From assembly GCA_017407605.1 (NCBI GenBank), contig JAFQWG010000055.1, positions 1 to 37,967 of the forward strand: a DNA stretch of 37,967 nucleotides, given 5' to 3'. Shown one piece after another: positions 1 through 9,740 of this stretch (position 1 is its first letter; each line of letters begins with the position of its first letter). A program made the position numbers and the translations under genes. The notes beneath the pieces were generated by a model. The model had not been told where the DNA came from. It searched no databases and worked only from the letters and a program-made list of their open reading frames with translations. The stretch comes from Agathobacter sp. GTDB lineage: Bacteria; Bacillota; Clostridia; Lachnospirales; Lachnospiraceae.

Positions 1-5
1 ACAAA

Positions 6-269
6 TTGGCTAACATTAAATCTGCAAAGAAAAGAATCGAAGTTGCTGCAATTAGAACAGCAAAAAATAAATCTATCAGATCTGAAGTTAAGACAGCTAC
101 TAAGAAAGTAGAAGCTGCTGTTGCTGCAAATGATAAAGCTGTTGCTACAGAAGCATTAAAGAACGCTACTTCTGTTATCGAAGCTGCTGCTTCAAAAGGT
201 GTTTACCACAAAAACAATGCTGCTAGAAAAGTTTCTCGTTTAGCAAAACTTGTTAACGAAATCGCTTAA
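6..269 (+). CDS. rpsT: 30S ribosomal protein S20
   Basis: MANIKSAKKR...KGVYHKNNAARKVSRL is the S20 signature; TTG start; comEC-holA-rpsT is a familiar Firmicute neighbourhood. Confidence 0.98.
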   Translation: MANIKSAKKRIEVAAIRTAKNKSIRSEVKTATKKVEAAVAANDKAVATEALKNATSVIEAAASKGVYHKNNAARKVSRLAKLVNEIA

Positions 270-304
270 TTAGCACAAATCAATTTTATCACCCTAAAAA
301 ATAC

Positions 305-334
305 AACCCACTAGACCGTCATCTAGTGGGTTTT
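305..334. terminator. Intrinsic terminator between convergent rpsT and holA
   Basis: 11-bp stem AACCCACTAGA (305-315) / TCTAGTGGGTT (322-332), followed by T-run. Confidence 0.85.
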
Positions 335-336
335 CT

Positions 337-1317
337 TTATTTCTTACTATATGTTACGATAAAAAGTTCTACCGCCATCTGACTATTCATATGGCCAGTC
401 TTTACAGCTTCCTCATATGATACCCCATCTTCTATCGCCTTTTTAATCCGATCCAAGCTGAATGCCTTTGTCTGTCCTTGATATTTTCGAACTGCCCATT
501 CTGGACAACCAGCTTTCGCAGCAATATCTTTATTACCAAAGCCCTGATTACTCATTACTTTTACAGTTAGCAGAATCTGAAACTGTCTGGTAATAAGAAA
601 AAGAATACGCATTGGTTCTTCTTTTAATGCCAAAAGATCATAATACAAGTCCATTGCACGCTTCTGATTATGGCTTGCAATCGCATCCACCATCTCAAAT
701 ACCTTGTTGCTAATCTGTTCTGTGGTAATCGCCTCTACATCTGCCGGCTCAATTACCTCCTTGTCCATGCAGTAGCAGATTAATTTTTCAAGTTCCTTTT
801 CGATATTCTCCATATCAGTACCTGTTTTAGCAATAAATGTCTGATAAGCTGCCTGCGTGATATTCTTACCTTCTTTTCCAATACGGGCGCCTACCCATTT
901 CATCAAGATCTCATCTGTCTGCGTGCCAAACTCTATTGCCGTACCACACTTTGTTACAGCTTTGTACAATTTGGAACGCTTATCAATCTCCTCTTCTACA
1001 AACACAAAATAGGTTGCCTCTGGAAGCTCTGCCAAATAATCTCCAAGCTCATCTCCACCTTTTTTAAACAGCTTACTATCCTCTAACAAAATAAGTCTTC
1101 GCTCAGCAAAAAATGGCATAGTTTCTGCCAAATCAATGATTTCCTTCACATTGATATCCGCACCTTCAAAACCGGTAAAGTTCATGGTATCATCTGGTGA
1201 CACAATCGCGTTTTTTAACTTCTCACGATACTGGCGAATCAGATATCGCTCTTGCCCATATAAAAGATATGCCTTTTTTAATTGTCCTAATTTAATATCA
1301 TTGTCTATTGTTTTCAT
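337..1317 (-). CDS. holA: DNA polymerase III subunit delta
   Basis: YLLYGQERYLI, AETMPFFAERRLIL, ELEKL and VFEMVDAI motifs; 326 aa; directly after comEC. Confidence 0.95.
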   Translation of the reverse strand: MKTIDNDIKLGQLKKAYLLYGQERYLIRQYREKLKNAIVSPDDTMNFTGFEGADINVKEIIDLAETMPFFAERRLILLEDSKLFKKGGDELGDYLAELPEATYFVFVEEEIDKRSKLYKAVTKCGTAIEFGTQTDEILMKWVGARIGKEGKNITQAAYQTFIAKTGTDMENIEKELEKLICYCMDKEVIEPADVEAITTEQISNKVFEMVDAIASHNQKRAMDLYYDLLALKEEPMRILFLITRQFQILLTVKVMSNQGFGNKDIAAKAGCPEWAVRKYQGQTKAFSLDRIKKAIEDGVSYEEAVKTGHMNSQMAVELFIVTYSKK

Positions 1318-1321
1318 GGTG

Positions 1322-3760
1322 CTATTGTAACAAACGAATTGTCACTTGTCCATTCTCCATTGTATAAAACAATTTGCATCCAACTGCTTCTATACGACGA
1401 ATCGCCTCCTCATGTGGATGACCATACATATTCCGTAAAGAGCAAGATATTACGGATATTTCTGGTTTCAAAGCTTCTAACAACTCTGATGAATTGGAAT
1501 ACTTCGAGCCATGATGTGATGCTTTATAAAGCCACACATTATCCACTACACCTTTTTCCAACAACAGCTGCTCCGTTTCCGAAGAAATGTCACCAGCAAA
1601 GATTGCTCTCAAAACAGACTCTTTCATACTTACTTTCTCACCTGCAACAGAAATAACGCAGTCTCTATTACACCGTTCTAAGTTAACTTCAAATTTCAAA
1701 ACCAATGATGCTTCATTCTTATCTTGCATTGATGCATCCCACGGATGCAAGCAAGTAAATGAAGCCACATCCGACATAATCTTATCACCTGCATCCATAT
1801 ATATTACCTGTACACCATATAGTTCCGTAGTAGAAATCAGTTGCAACATATTCTCATCTGCAGGGGCATACTTGGACATCACAAGACAACCTATTTCATA
1901 ACCACATTTCAGCACTTCAAATATACCTGAAATATGGTCATTATCTGCATGTGATACAAACCAATAATCAATATGTGATACCCCCTTTGATTTCAAAAAT
2001 GGTAAAACACAGTACTCCCCAACACTTTCCTCACTTGTACTTCCGCCATCAATAAAATATGTTGTGCCATCCCCTGTCGTAATATAAATAGCATCTCCTT
2101 GACCTACATCTAAAAAAGTAATTTCAAATGGCTTCGACTTTGGACAAAGGATTATACACAAGCACATTAAACTAATTCCATATATAAGCCTTCTGCTTTT
2201 ACGCACATATTCACGCGAAGCATCTTGTGTTCTTTTTGTACACGCTTCTCGTTCAAGTTTTTGTATCAATATCACTCCGATTGCAAGAAGCACATAATAC
2301 ACCACTACAATCCACCCCTGTGGTTTTCCACAGACAATCTGGGCAAATGGCAACTTTGCTACACGCTCACATAACCAAATATAAAAGCCAAATCCCCAAC
2401 TACATGGCAGCAGAATTATTTTCGAAAGTATAGAAAACATACTCCCTATCACCCCACCTGCAAATGAAATCAAGCCCATCAATACCCCTAACACTGCAAG
2501 CAAAAAAATAGGTGTAAGGATTGGCAATGTTACCGCATTTACAAGAATTGAATATAATGGAATTTCATAGTAACACGACGCCACCACTGGCAACGTAGCA
2601 ATCGTTATACCTAGACTCATCATTAGTCCACTTTTTATTTTATATAAACTTTTTCTAATTCCTTTTGCATCACTTTCAAATGCTTTTGAAAATGTATCAC
2701 CGACAAATCCAACACCAATTAATGCCATGACCGAAAACCAAAATCCCGAATATTCTAGCAAAAATGGATTGTCCCACATCAAAACAAGCACCATTGCCCC
2801 AAGGGCATTTAACATATCATAGCTTCGCCCCATGCACTGTCCTAAAAAGAAAATAAGCATCATACCTATGGCACGAACTGCGGACATACTGTTTCCCACA
2901 ATATATCCATATAACAAAAGCAAACCCGCTGCCAAAATACCAGCACCCACAAAACGGCATCCACACTTTCTAAGTAGACGATAAAAATTACGTCCAATCA
3001 TTGAAACATGCAGCCCTGAAATCGCCAAAATATGTGATATACCACCCAACTCAAATAAATCCTTTACCTCCTTCGCCAGATTAGTTTTATCTCCCAATAA
3101 CACCCCTGAAAAAAATCCCGATGCACTTTCATCCATATTATACTGAAGCACCTGTAATAATCTAATCTTTAATGCAAGTAAAAAATCTCTCACTGCACTT
3201 TCTCTTACACCAATTTTCTGACTGCTTTCCAACCAAACAGCAAAATCGATTTTTTGGCTCTGGTAAAAGACTAGGCTGTTAAAATTCCCTTCATTCCTAG
3301 CAGACTCAAACCTATTTAATTGTCCCTTTATTTTATGGATTTCCCCCACTTGAAAGTGGGTAGATGAAGCATATACCAATACATCATTACATGGTACATA
3401 CTGTTTCCTTAGACGGATGCAACAATCCGACAGACGCATACGCACTCCATAGTCCGTATGTTTTATTTCTTGAACCTGCCCCCAAACTATTACTTCTTTA
3501 GAGGTACTATCTAATTCTCGCATATAACCTGTGCGAAAGCTTTCTTCCGCTTCCATATGCCACATACCTAGAAGAAAAGCAGAAAGAAGTATTAGACTCC
3601 TTCCTGCTACTTTCCAATTCGCTTTGTGTTTGACTCCAAAATAGATTTCCTCTCCTATTACCAAAAGTGGAATAAGCAATAATCCCATGCTTTCATACCG
3701 TTCAAAAGCCAATCCACTTAAAAAGACGCACGCAAACCATAACAGTGGTCTTTTTCTCAT
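1322..3760 (-). CDS. comEC: DNA internalization competence protein ComEC/Rec2
   Basis: N-terminal OB/DUF4131-like region; competence domain GISHILAISGLHVS; metallo-beta-lactamase domain FLDVGQGDA, SHADNDH, HHGS, NMYGHPH; reading frame intact. Confidence 0.96.
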   Translation of the reverse strand: MRKRPLLWFACVFLSGLAFERYESMGLLLIPLLVIGEEIYFGVKHKANWKVAGRSLILLSAFLLGMWHMEAEESFRTGYMRELDSTSKEVIVWGQVQEIKHTDYGVRMRLSDCCIRLRKQYVPCNDVLVYASSTHFQVGEIHKIKGQLNRFESARNEGNFNSLVFYQSQKIDFAVWLESSQKIGVRESAVRDFLLALKIRLLQVLQYNMDESASGFFSGVLLGDKTNLAKEVKDLFELGGISHILAISGLHVSMIGRNFYRLLRKCGCRFVGAGILAAGLLLLYGYIVGNSMSAVRAIGMMLIFFLGQCMGRSYDMLNALGAMVLVLMWDNPFLLEYSGFWFSVMALIGVGFVGDTFSKAFESDAKGIRKSLYKIKSGLMMSLGITIATLPVVASCYYEIPLYSILVNAVTLPILTPIFLLAVLGVLMGLISFAGGVIGSMFSILSKIILLPCSWGFGFYIWLCERVAKLPFAQIVCGKPQGWIVVVYYVLLAIGVILIQKLEREACTKRTQDASREYVRKSRRLIYGISLMCLCIILCPKSKPFEITFLDVGQGDAIYITTGDGTTYFIDGGSTSEESVGEYCVLPFLKSKGVSHIDYWFVSHADNDHISGIFEVLKCGYEIGCLVMSKYAPADENMLQLISTTELYGVQVIYMDAGDKIMSDVASFTCLHPWDASMQDKNEASLVLKFEVNLERCNRDCVISVAGEKVSMKESVLRAIFAGDISSETEQLLLEKGVVDNVWLYKASHHGSKYSNSSELLEALKPEISVISCSLRNMYGHPHEEAIRRIEAVGCKLFYTMENGQVTIRLLQ

Positions 3761-3773
3761 AAAATATTAACTC

Positions 3774-4691
3774 CTATTTTTTAGGCAACAAATCAAAATT
3801 ACGCTCATACATTTTTGATAAATCATATGAATATTTAACTGAACCTTTTGTATCTCCGTTAATTGATAACTGGACCTTTGCTACACCTGGCAACTCTGTC
3901 AGTGAATTTACGATAGAATACAACAAAATCTCTTCTGTAATCACAACACCTTGATTTTTAAAGGTATCGCTAAAGTTTACATAACAAACGCCATCTACCG
4001 TAGAAACCGAAATAAGTTTTGTTCCGGAAGGCACTGTTGCAATTGCGCCTGATTTCTTAGGTCCTTCTATCAATTGTTCCAAAACAAGTTTTTCCATAGA
4101 AATATTCGTACTATAGTGAACGGACCTTGTTTCTTTCACAAGTTTAGTTCCATCGACATTAGAAAAATATAAAGTTATGCTTGTCTCAACGCTACTATTA
4201 ATCTGTTCCCCTGGATTTTCAACAAAACTATCACTTGTCATACTACCTACTAATGTTCCATCATGTGTCATTAGTGGCTCACCTTTAACCTGAAACTCTA
4301 CCAATGCTACCCCAGGAACCTGCAACACCGTTCGTGCAATGGCAGCACGAATAAGCACTTCTTCGGTAGGTGTTAAATCCTTATATTTCTCAGTAAAATT
4401 GATATATAAGCGTGAATTAATAAGCTGATACCACTCTACTTCAACATTAGACGGAACTGTCTGACGAAGTTTTGAAGACTTAGGCGCAGATGCAAGTTTG
4501 TCCAATAGCTCTACAATCAATTCCTCGCTATCTTTTGCTTGACTATCATACTCTTCTGCAACAATCCTAGTCATGTCCATATTTAGATAATATACTTGAT
4601 ACTCACCTTTTTCTTTCCCTCCCAAAGCACATCCAGTCATAGAAAATAGAATTGAAAAAGCAAGTACTATACTCAACCATCTTTTTTTCAT
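3774..4691 (-). CDS. GerMN-domain lipoprotein (two GerMN repeats)
   Basis: Start reassigned to ATG 4691 (GAGG RBS); lipobox FSMTGC; EQLIEGP...VCYVNFS...SIVNSLTELPGVAKVQLSING is a GerMN pattern, with a degenerate first repeat. Confidence 0.85.
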   Translation of the reverse strand: MKKRWLSIVLAFSILFSMTGCALGGKEKGEYQVYYLNMDMTRIVAEEYDSQAKDSEELIVELLDKLASAPKSSKLRQTVPSNVEVEWYQLINSRLYINFTEKYKDLTPTEEVLIRAAIARTVLQVPGVALVEFQVKGEPLMTHDGTLVGSMTSDSFVENPGEQINSSVETSITLYFSNVDGTKLVKETRSVHYSTNISMEKLVLEQLIEGPKKSGAIATVPSGTKLISVSTVDGVCYVNFSDTFKNQGVVITEEILLYSIVNSLTELPGVAKVQLSINGDTKGSVKYSYDLSKMYERNFDLLPKK

Positions 4692-4701
4692 AAATAAGCC
4701 T

Positions 4702-6150
4702 CTATGCAATATAAGTAAGTGGAATACGCACATCAAATGTAGTCCCTTCACCCAACTCGCTATGTGCTTTAATCATACCTTTATGCATCAATATTGAGTT
4801 ACGTGTGATGGCAAGACCAAGTCCCGTACCACCAATTTCTCTTGAATGCGATTTGTCCACACGATAAAATCTTTCATAAATGTGTTCCAACGCTTCTTCC
4901 GGAATTCCCATTCCTGAATCTTCAACTTTAATATAAAAATACTGATGATCTGCATTTAATGACACATGCACCCAGCCTTCACCATCATCTTTATTGTACT
5001 TGATACCATTTTCTATCAAATTTGTAATTGCCAAAGTAATCTTTACTTCATCTACTTCAGCAGAAACTGGTCGAAAGCTTTCTAACACAAGCTGAACCTT
5101 CTGTTTATCAGCAATTGGTTGCAAACGCTTCATAATCTGCTCTAAAAGCTCATTCATATTAACTGTAGTAATATTAAGCGTTGCCCCAGATTTATCCATT
5201 TTTACAAGTGAAAGCAAATCATTAATAATCTGTGTTTCACGCTCGATTTCATTCGTAATATCTCCCATAAACTCCTGGTATAACTCAATTGGAGCATCTT
5301 GCATGCTATTTAAAGAATCTGCCAACACCTTCATAGACGTAAGAGGAGTCTTTAATTCATGTGATACGTTTGATACAAATTCCTGACGCGATTCATCCAT
5401 AACACGAATCTTTTTCATCATTTCATTGAACTTTTCACATATAATAATTGTCTCCGTATAATCGTTAACCACTAGTTCTTTATCACTAATACCACCCTGC
5501 ACCAATGCAATACCATCCGATAGTTTCGTCAAAGGTGTTACCATGTGAATTGAAATTGCAACCCCAATACAGCCAATTACGATAATTACCAAAAACACGA
5601 TAACTGTTGCAATCTGAGTTAAATAGCTTAAGTTTAACGCAATGTTATCTGTTGACACACTTGCCACCAACACCCCTAACACCGTATTGGTCTCATCGTT
5701 TGGGTTTGTAATTGGAATAGACATCTCCAAATATCTATTCTCTGCATCATAACTTGTATTTTCCTCACCTTTAAAACTAAGAATTACTTCTTCCGAAATG
5801 ATGGTTTTATTATTATCTAAATTATAGGTATCATATATAATCTCAAAATTGTCATCTACAATCAAGATTCGTCCATCATAAATGGTAGTAAGCATACTCA
5901 TCTGCGCCAATAATGTTTCTGATGAATTTGACACACCATTAATATAATTACTGGTAGCCAACTGATTTGACAAAATTCTAGCCTGGCTCAAAACTTCACT
6001 TTCTCGAATCGAAATTGCACGCGTCTCATAAGACGCTAAAATTGCTGAACCAACAATCAAACTCGGAATAATTGCTACAACAATAGCAAACACGATAAGA
6101 CGACATTTTAAACTTTTGATAAAACCCATAAAACTTGAAGTTTTTTCCAT
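4702..6150 (-). CDS. Membrane sensor histidine kinase (2 TM, HAMP, HisKA, HATPase)
   Basis: Start reassigned to ATG 6150 (GAGGA RBS); H-box FVSNVSHELKTPL; N-box NLIENGIKYN; DSGMGIP; RFYRVDKSHSREIGGTGLGL. Confidence 0.95.
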   Translation of the reverse strand: MEKTSSFMGFIKSLKCRLIVFAIVVAIIPSLIVGSAILASYETRAISIRESEVLSQARILSNQLATSNYINGVSNSSETLLAQMSMLTTIYDGRILIVDDNFEIIYDTYNLDNNKTIISEEVILSFKGEENTSYDAENRYLEMSIPITNPNDETNTVLGVLVASVSTDNIALNLSYLTQIATVIVFLVIIVIGCIGVAISIHMVTPLTKLSDGIALVQGGISDKELVVNDYTETIIICEKFNEMMKKIRVMDESRQEFVSNVSHELKTPLTSMKVLADSLNSMQDAPIELYQEFMGDITNEIERETQIINDLLSLVKMDKSGATLNITTVNMNELLEQIMKRLQPIADKQKVQLVLESFRPVSAEVDEVKITLAITNLIENGIKYNKDDGEGWVHVSLNADHQYFYIKVEDSGMGIPEEALEHIYERFYRVDKSHSREIGGTGLGLAITRNSILMHKGMIKAHSELGEGTTFDVRIPLTYIA

Positions 6151-6164
6151 GAAAACGTCCTCAT

Positions 6165-6857
6165 CTATTTCTGAATATAATAATATCCTACGCCCCATTT
6201 AGTATGAACATACTTAGGTTCACTTGGGTTTGCTTCTACTTTTTCTCTCAAACGACGTACATGCACGTCTACCGTACGTACATCACCTGGATAATCTTTG
6301 CCCCATACTGTTTCTAGTAATTTTTCTCTGCTATATACTTTATTCTCGTTTTTAACAAGAAGCTCTAATAATTCAAATTCTCTACCTGTAAGATTAATTT
6401 CTTTGCCTTGTACAAAAAGACGTCTACTATCACAATCCAACTTCAAATCGCCTTTTTCAATTACAGAAGAAGATGCTTCTTTTCTACTGTTGCCAGAGGT
6501 TCTACGCATAATTGCTTTAATTCTGGCTTTTACCTCTAAAATATTAAATGGTTTTGTGATGTAATCATCTGCACCATATTCAAGGCCTAAGATTTTATCC
6601 ATATCTTCACCTTTTGCAGTAAGCATTACAATTGGCACATCTGAAAATTCTCGAATCGCCTGACATACTTCAAATCCATCCATCTTTGGAAGCATTACAT
6701 CTAAAAGAATCATGTCATATTCTTTTTCTTTCGCCATGTTATAAGCTTCTTCGCCATCATACGCACAATCCACTTCCATCTGATCCTGTTCTAAACTGAA
6801 ACGAATTCCTTTTACAATTAATTTTTCATCATCTACTACGAGAACTTTCTTTGCCAT
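6165..6857 (-). CDS. OmpR/PhoB-family response regulator (WalR/YycF-like)
   Basis: VLVVDDE, LLDVMLP, MLTAK, GADDYITKPF; winged helix RTVDVHVRRLREK...WGVGY. Confidence 0.95.
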   Translation of the reverse strand: MAKKVLVVDDEKLIVKGIRFSLEQDQMEVDCAYDGEEAYNMAKEKEYDMILLDVMLPKMDGFEVCQAIREFSDVPIVMLTAKGEDMDKILGLEYGADDYITKPFNILEVKARIKAIMRRTSGNSRKEASSSVIEKGDLKLDCDSRRLFVQGKEINLTGREFELLELLVKNENKVYSREKLLETVWGKDYPGDVRTVDVHVRRLREKVEANPSEPKYVHTKWGVGYYYIQK

Positions 6858-6865
6858 TACACACC

Positions 6866-7492
6866 TCAGTTAATCACAATATATTCTTTCATTTTTTTGA
6901 ACACACCATCCTTGATTCCCTCGACATTTTTCACTTCCTCAATAGAAGAAAATGCTCCGTGCGTCTCTCTGTACGCCACTATTGCACTTGCTTTTGCTTC
7001 TCCTATCCCTGGAATTGTCATAAGCTGTGTCTTGGATGCTGTATTAATATTTATTTTTTCTGTAGCATTGTCTTTGTTGGAAACCTCAGCTTGTGACTCC
7101 TCATCCACCTCACGCTCTTTTGCCTCTTCTATGGTTGGAACATAAATCATCTCGCCATCTTTTAATAATCTTGCCTGGTTCCAGTAACTGGTTGCTGCAT
7201 TGTCTGTAAAACCGCCTGCCATAGAAAGAACATCACACACACGGCTACCCTCTGGAAGCGTATATACCCCCGGTGAATTTACTTCACCGCAGATGTACAC
7301 GTAGAGTAAAAGTTCTTCCTCATCTAATACAGTCTGCATGGTGTCTTCTTCCGCAACCGATTCTGATTCCGTCTCCGTTGTCTGCATCTGGTCGGCAATC
7401 ACATAATCCGCTGTACTTCTACCGCAACTACATATACACACGACAAGAAGTGTGCCAAGAAGCACACTCTTAAAAAATTTAAATTTTTCCAT
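6866..7492 (-). CDS. comEA: Competence DNA receptor ComEA (SLBB + HhH)
   Basis: YVYICGEVNSPGVY (SLBB); KININTAS...LMTIPGIGEAKASAIVAYRETHGAF...VEGI (HhH pair). Confidence 0.93.
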   Translation of the reverse strand: MEKFKFFKSVLLGTLLVVCICSCGRSTADYVIADQMQTTETESESVAEEDTMQTVLDEEELLLYVYICGEVNSPGVYTLPEGSRVCDVLSMAGGFTDNAATSYWNQARLLKDGEMIYVPTIEEAKEREVDEESQAEVSNKDNATEKININTASKTQLMTIPGIGEAKASAIVAYRETHGAFSSIEEVKNVEGIKDGVFKKMKEYIVIN

Positions 7493-7497
7493 AAATT

Positions 7498-7519
7498 ACT
7501 CCTTCCTTTCGGAAGGAGC
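7498..7519 (-). promoter_or_regulatory. Hairpin sequestering the comEA Shine-Dalgarno
   Basis: Minus strand reads GCTCCTTCC-GAAA-GGAAGGAGT-AATTT-ATG: 8 Watson-Crick pairs plus 1 G.U; the 3' arm is the SD. Confidence 0.7.
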
Positions 7520-7534
7520 CTCAATGCATTATTC

Positions 7535-7563
7535 ATTTTAACGAAGTTTTACAGATATTACAA
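7535..7563 (-). promoter_or_regulatory. Putative sigma-A promoter for the comEA-RR-HK-GerMN-comEC-holA run
   Basis: TTGTAA (7563-7558) - 17 bp - TAAAAT (7540-7535). Confidence 0.55.
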
Positions 7564-7570
7564 GATTTTA

Positions 7571-8773
7571 TTACAAATTTATTTCAGAAAATGTCTGTTT
7601 CAGCTTGCAAATCATCTCATCAACATGATTTTTTTCAATTATAAGAGGCGGAACCAGACGTAAGACATCAGATCCTGCTGATATAATAACAAGTCCATTT
7701 TCCAATGCTTTTGCACAGATGTCAACAGGTTTGATTGTAGATACCAATCCTTGCATAAGTCCCATACCTCTTCGTGCTGTAATAAAATCGTAAGTTTTTA
7801 CAATCTCATCCAACTGTTCTTCGAGATATTTTGTAATTTCTTTTACATGTGAAAGAAGATTGGTTTCTTCATAAATATCTAATACTGTTGAAACCGCAGC
7901 TCCCACAAATGGATTTCCTCCGTAAGTTGTACCATGATCCCCTGGTACTAAGGATTTTTCTGCCACCTTTTCTGTCATAAGGAACGCTCCAACTGGAACG
8001 CCACAGCCTAAAGCTTTCGCAGAAGTTAAAATATCTGGTTTTACTCCATAACTCTGGAATGCAAACATCTCACCTGTACGTCCCATACCACACTGAATTT
8101 CATCTAAGATAAGTAAGATATCTTTTTCATCACAAAGTGCTCTTACCCCCTCTAAAAACTCCTTCGTTGCTGGGTATATACCCCCTTCGCCTTGCACTGT
8201 TTCTAGCAAAATAGCGCACGTATTCTCTTTAACTGCTTTTTTTACAGACTCTAAATCATTAAACTCTGCAAATGTTACTCCTGGGATAAGTGGACCAAAC
8301 GGTGTTCTGTATTTTTCGGTTCCTGTTACAGAAAGTGCCCCCATACTCCTACCATGGAAGGAATGGTTCATGGCGATGATTTCATGACCTGCATGACCAT
8401 CTCGGGTATAGGCATATTTCTTTGCTGCCTTCATAGCGCCTTCAATCGCTTCTGTACCACTATTGGTAAAAAACACACGATCCATGCCACTTACCTTTAA
8501 CAGCTTTTCAGCCGCCTGAGTGGTAGGCTCATTGTAATAAAGGTTTGATGTATGAAGAAGTTTATCCACTTGATTTTTTAAACTTTCTGTATAGGTTTCA
8601 TTTCCATAACCTAACGAACAAACCGCAATACCTGCAGCAAAATCTAGATATTCTTTTCCTTCTGTATCATAAAGATACACTCCTTTTCCATGGTCAAACA
8701 CCACTGGAAATCGATTATATGTATGAAGCAGCACATCTTCTGCCTGCTGCATTGACTTCATCTTATCTGACAT
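7571..8773 (-). CDS. argD: Acetylornithine aminotransferase
   Basis: Start reassigned to ATG 8773 (GAGGA RBS); YLDFAAGIAV, FTNSGTEA, SFHGRS, DEIQCGMGRTG, AKALG (PLP Lys), HGTTYGGNP; lies in arg operon. Confidence 0.93.
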   Translation of the reverse strand: MSDKMKSMQQAEDVLLHTYNRFPVVFDHGKGVYLYDTEGKEYLDFAAGIAVCSLGYGNETYTESLKNQVDKLLHTSNLYYNEPTTQAAEKLLKVSGMDRVFFTNSGTEAIEGAMKAAKKYAYTRDGHAGHEIIAMNHSFHGRSMGALSVTGTEKYRTPFGPLIPGVTFAEFNDLESVKKAVKENTCAILLETVQGEGGIYPATKEFLEGVRALCDEKDILLILDEIQCGMGRTGEMFAFQSYGVKPDILTSAKALGCGVPVGAFLMTEKVAEKSLVPGDHGTTYGGNPFVGAAVSTVLDIYEETNLLSHVKEITKYLEEQLDEIVKTYDFITARRGMGLMQGLVSTIKPVDICAKALENGLVIISAGSDVLRLVPPLIIEKNHVDEMICKLKQTFSEINL

Positions 8774-8789
8774 AATTTTGTCCTCACTC

Positions 8790-9683
8790 TTATTCCTGTG
8801 TTGCCATATCATCTGGCAGAATAACTGTACCAATACCTTTCTTTGTAAAGATTTCAAGAAGCAGACAATGTGCAATTCTTCCATCTAAAATATGAACTCT
8901 TGATACACCATTTTCAATCGCATCCACACAATTCTGTAATTTTGGAAGCATGCCTCCACCGATAAACCCTGACCCTAAGAGTTCAGTTGCTTCTGAAACG
9001 GTAAGTTCTGAAATGAGTGTTGCAGAATCACTTGGATCTTTGTACACCCCTTCAATATCTGTTAAAAACGCAAGCTTTTCTGCACCGAGCGCTTTTGCAA
9101 TCGCACATGCGGCATCGTCAGCATTAATATTATAACTCTGATATTTATCATCCATACCGATAGGACAAATAATTGGAAGGAAGTCTTTTTCGAGCATATC
9201 GTAAATAATTCTTGTATTTACTTCTGTTACTTCTCCTACAAAACCGATATCCTGTCCATCAGAATATTTCTTTTCTACTTTTAAAAGACGGCCGTCTTTT
9301 CCACTGATACCGATAGCATTTACGCCGAGCTCTTCCACTAACTGAACCAATGATTTGTTTACCTTATTCAAAACCATTTCTGCAATTTCCATGGTCTGTT
9401 CATCAGTCTTTCTAAGCCCATTGATAAACTCTGGCTCCATACCAGAAAGTTTTACCCATTTGCTGATTTCTTTACCACCACCATGCACAATAACAGGCTT
9501 AAATCCTACTAATTTTAAGAGGGTTACATCTTGAATCACTTGCTTTTTCAGATTTTCATCTACCATCGCGGAACCACCGTATTTTACCACGATGATTTTT
9601 CTATTAAATTTCTGAATATATGGAAGTGCTTCAATTAACACTTCTGCCTTATCTTGTAATGAATGTAACTTGTTTTCGTTCAT
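8790..9683 (-). CDS. argB: Acetylglutamate kinase
   Basis: [25 protein letters not shown]; N-terminal EALPYI and C-terminal EIFT..GIGT of the Arg-sensitive type. Confidence 0.97.
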   Translation of the reverse strand: MNENKLHSLQDKAEVLIEALPYIQKFNRKIIVVKYGGSAMVDENLKKQVIQDVTLLKLVGFKPVIVHGGGKEISKWVKLSGMEPEFINGLRKTDEQTMEIAEMVLNKVNKSLVQLVEELGVNAIGISGKDGRLLKVEKKYSDGQDIGFVGEVTEVNTRIIYDMLEKDFLPIICPIGMDDKYQSYNINADDAACAIAKALGAEKLAFLTDIEGVYKDPSDSATLISELTVSEATELLGSGFIGGGMLPKLQNCVDAIENGVSRVHILDGRIAHCLLLEIFTKKGIGTVILPDDMATQE

Positions 9684-9740
9684 AACTACACCTCTTTTTA
9701 TGTTTCCTTTTATGTTCTTTACACGACGTGCGACAACACT

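Noticed and set aside
7549-7575. Three TGTAA repeats on the minus strand at the comEA promoter as a WalR box
   Set aside because: Periods are 9 and 13 bp, not the 11 bp of TGTWAH-N5-TGTWAH, and one copy includes the argD stop codon.
8774-8884. N-terminal extensions in the ORF track for argD (also the GerMN protein, kinase, thioesterase, DUF1622, AraC and nahK)
   Set aside because: They overlap neighbouring genes or promoters; downstream ATGs have clear RBSs.
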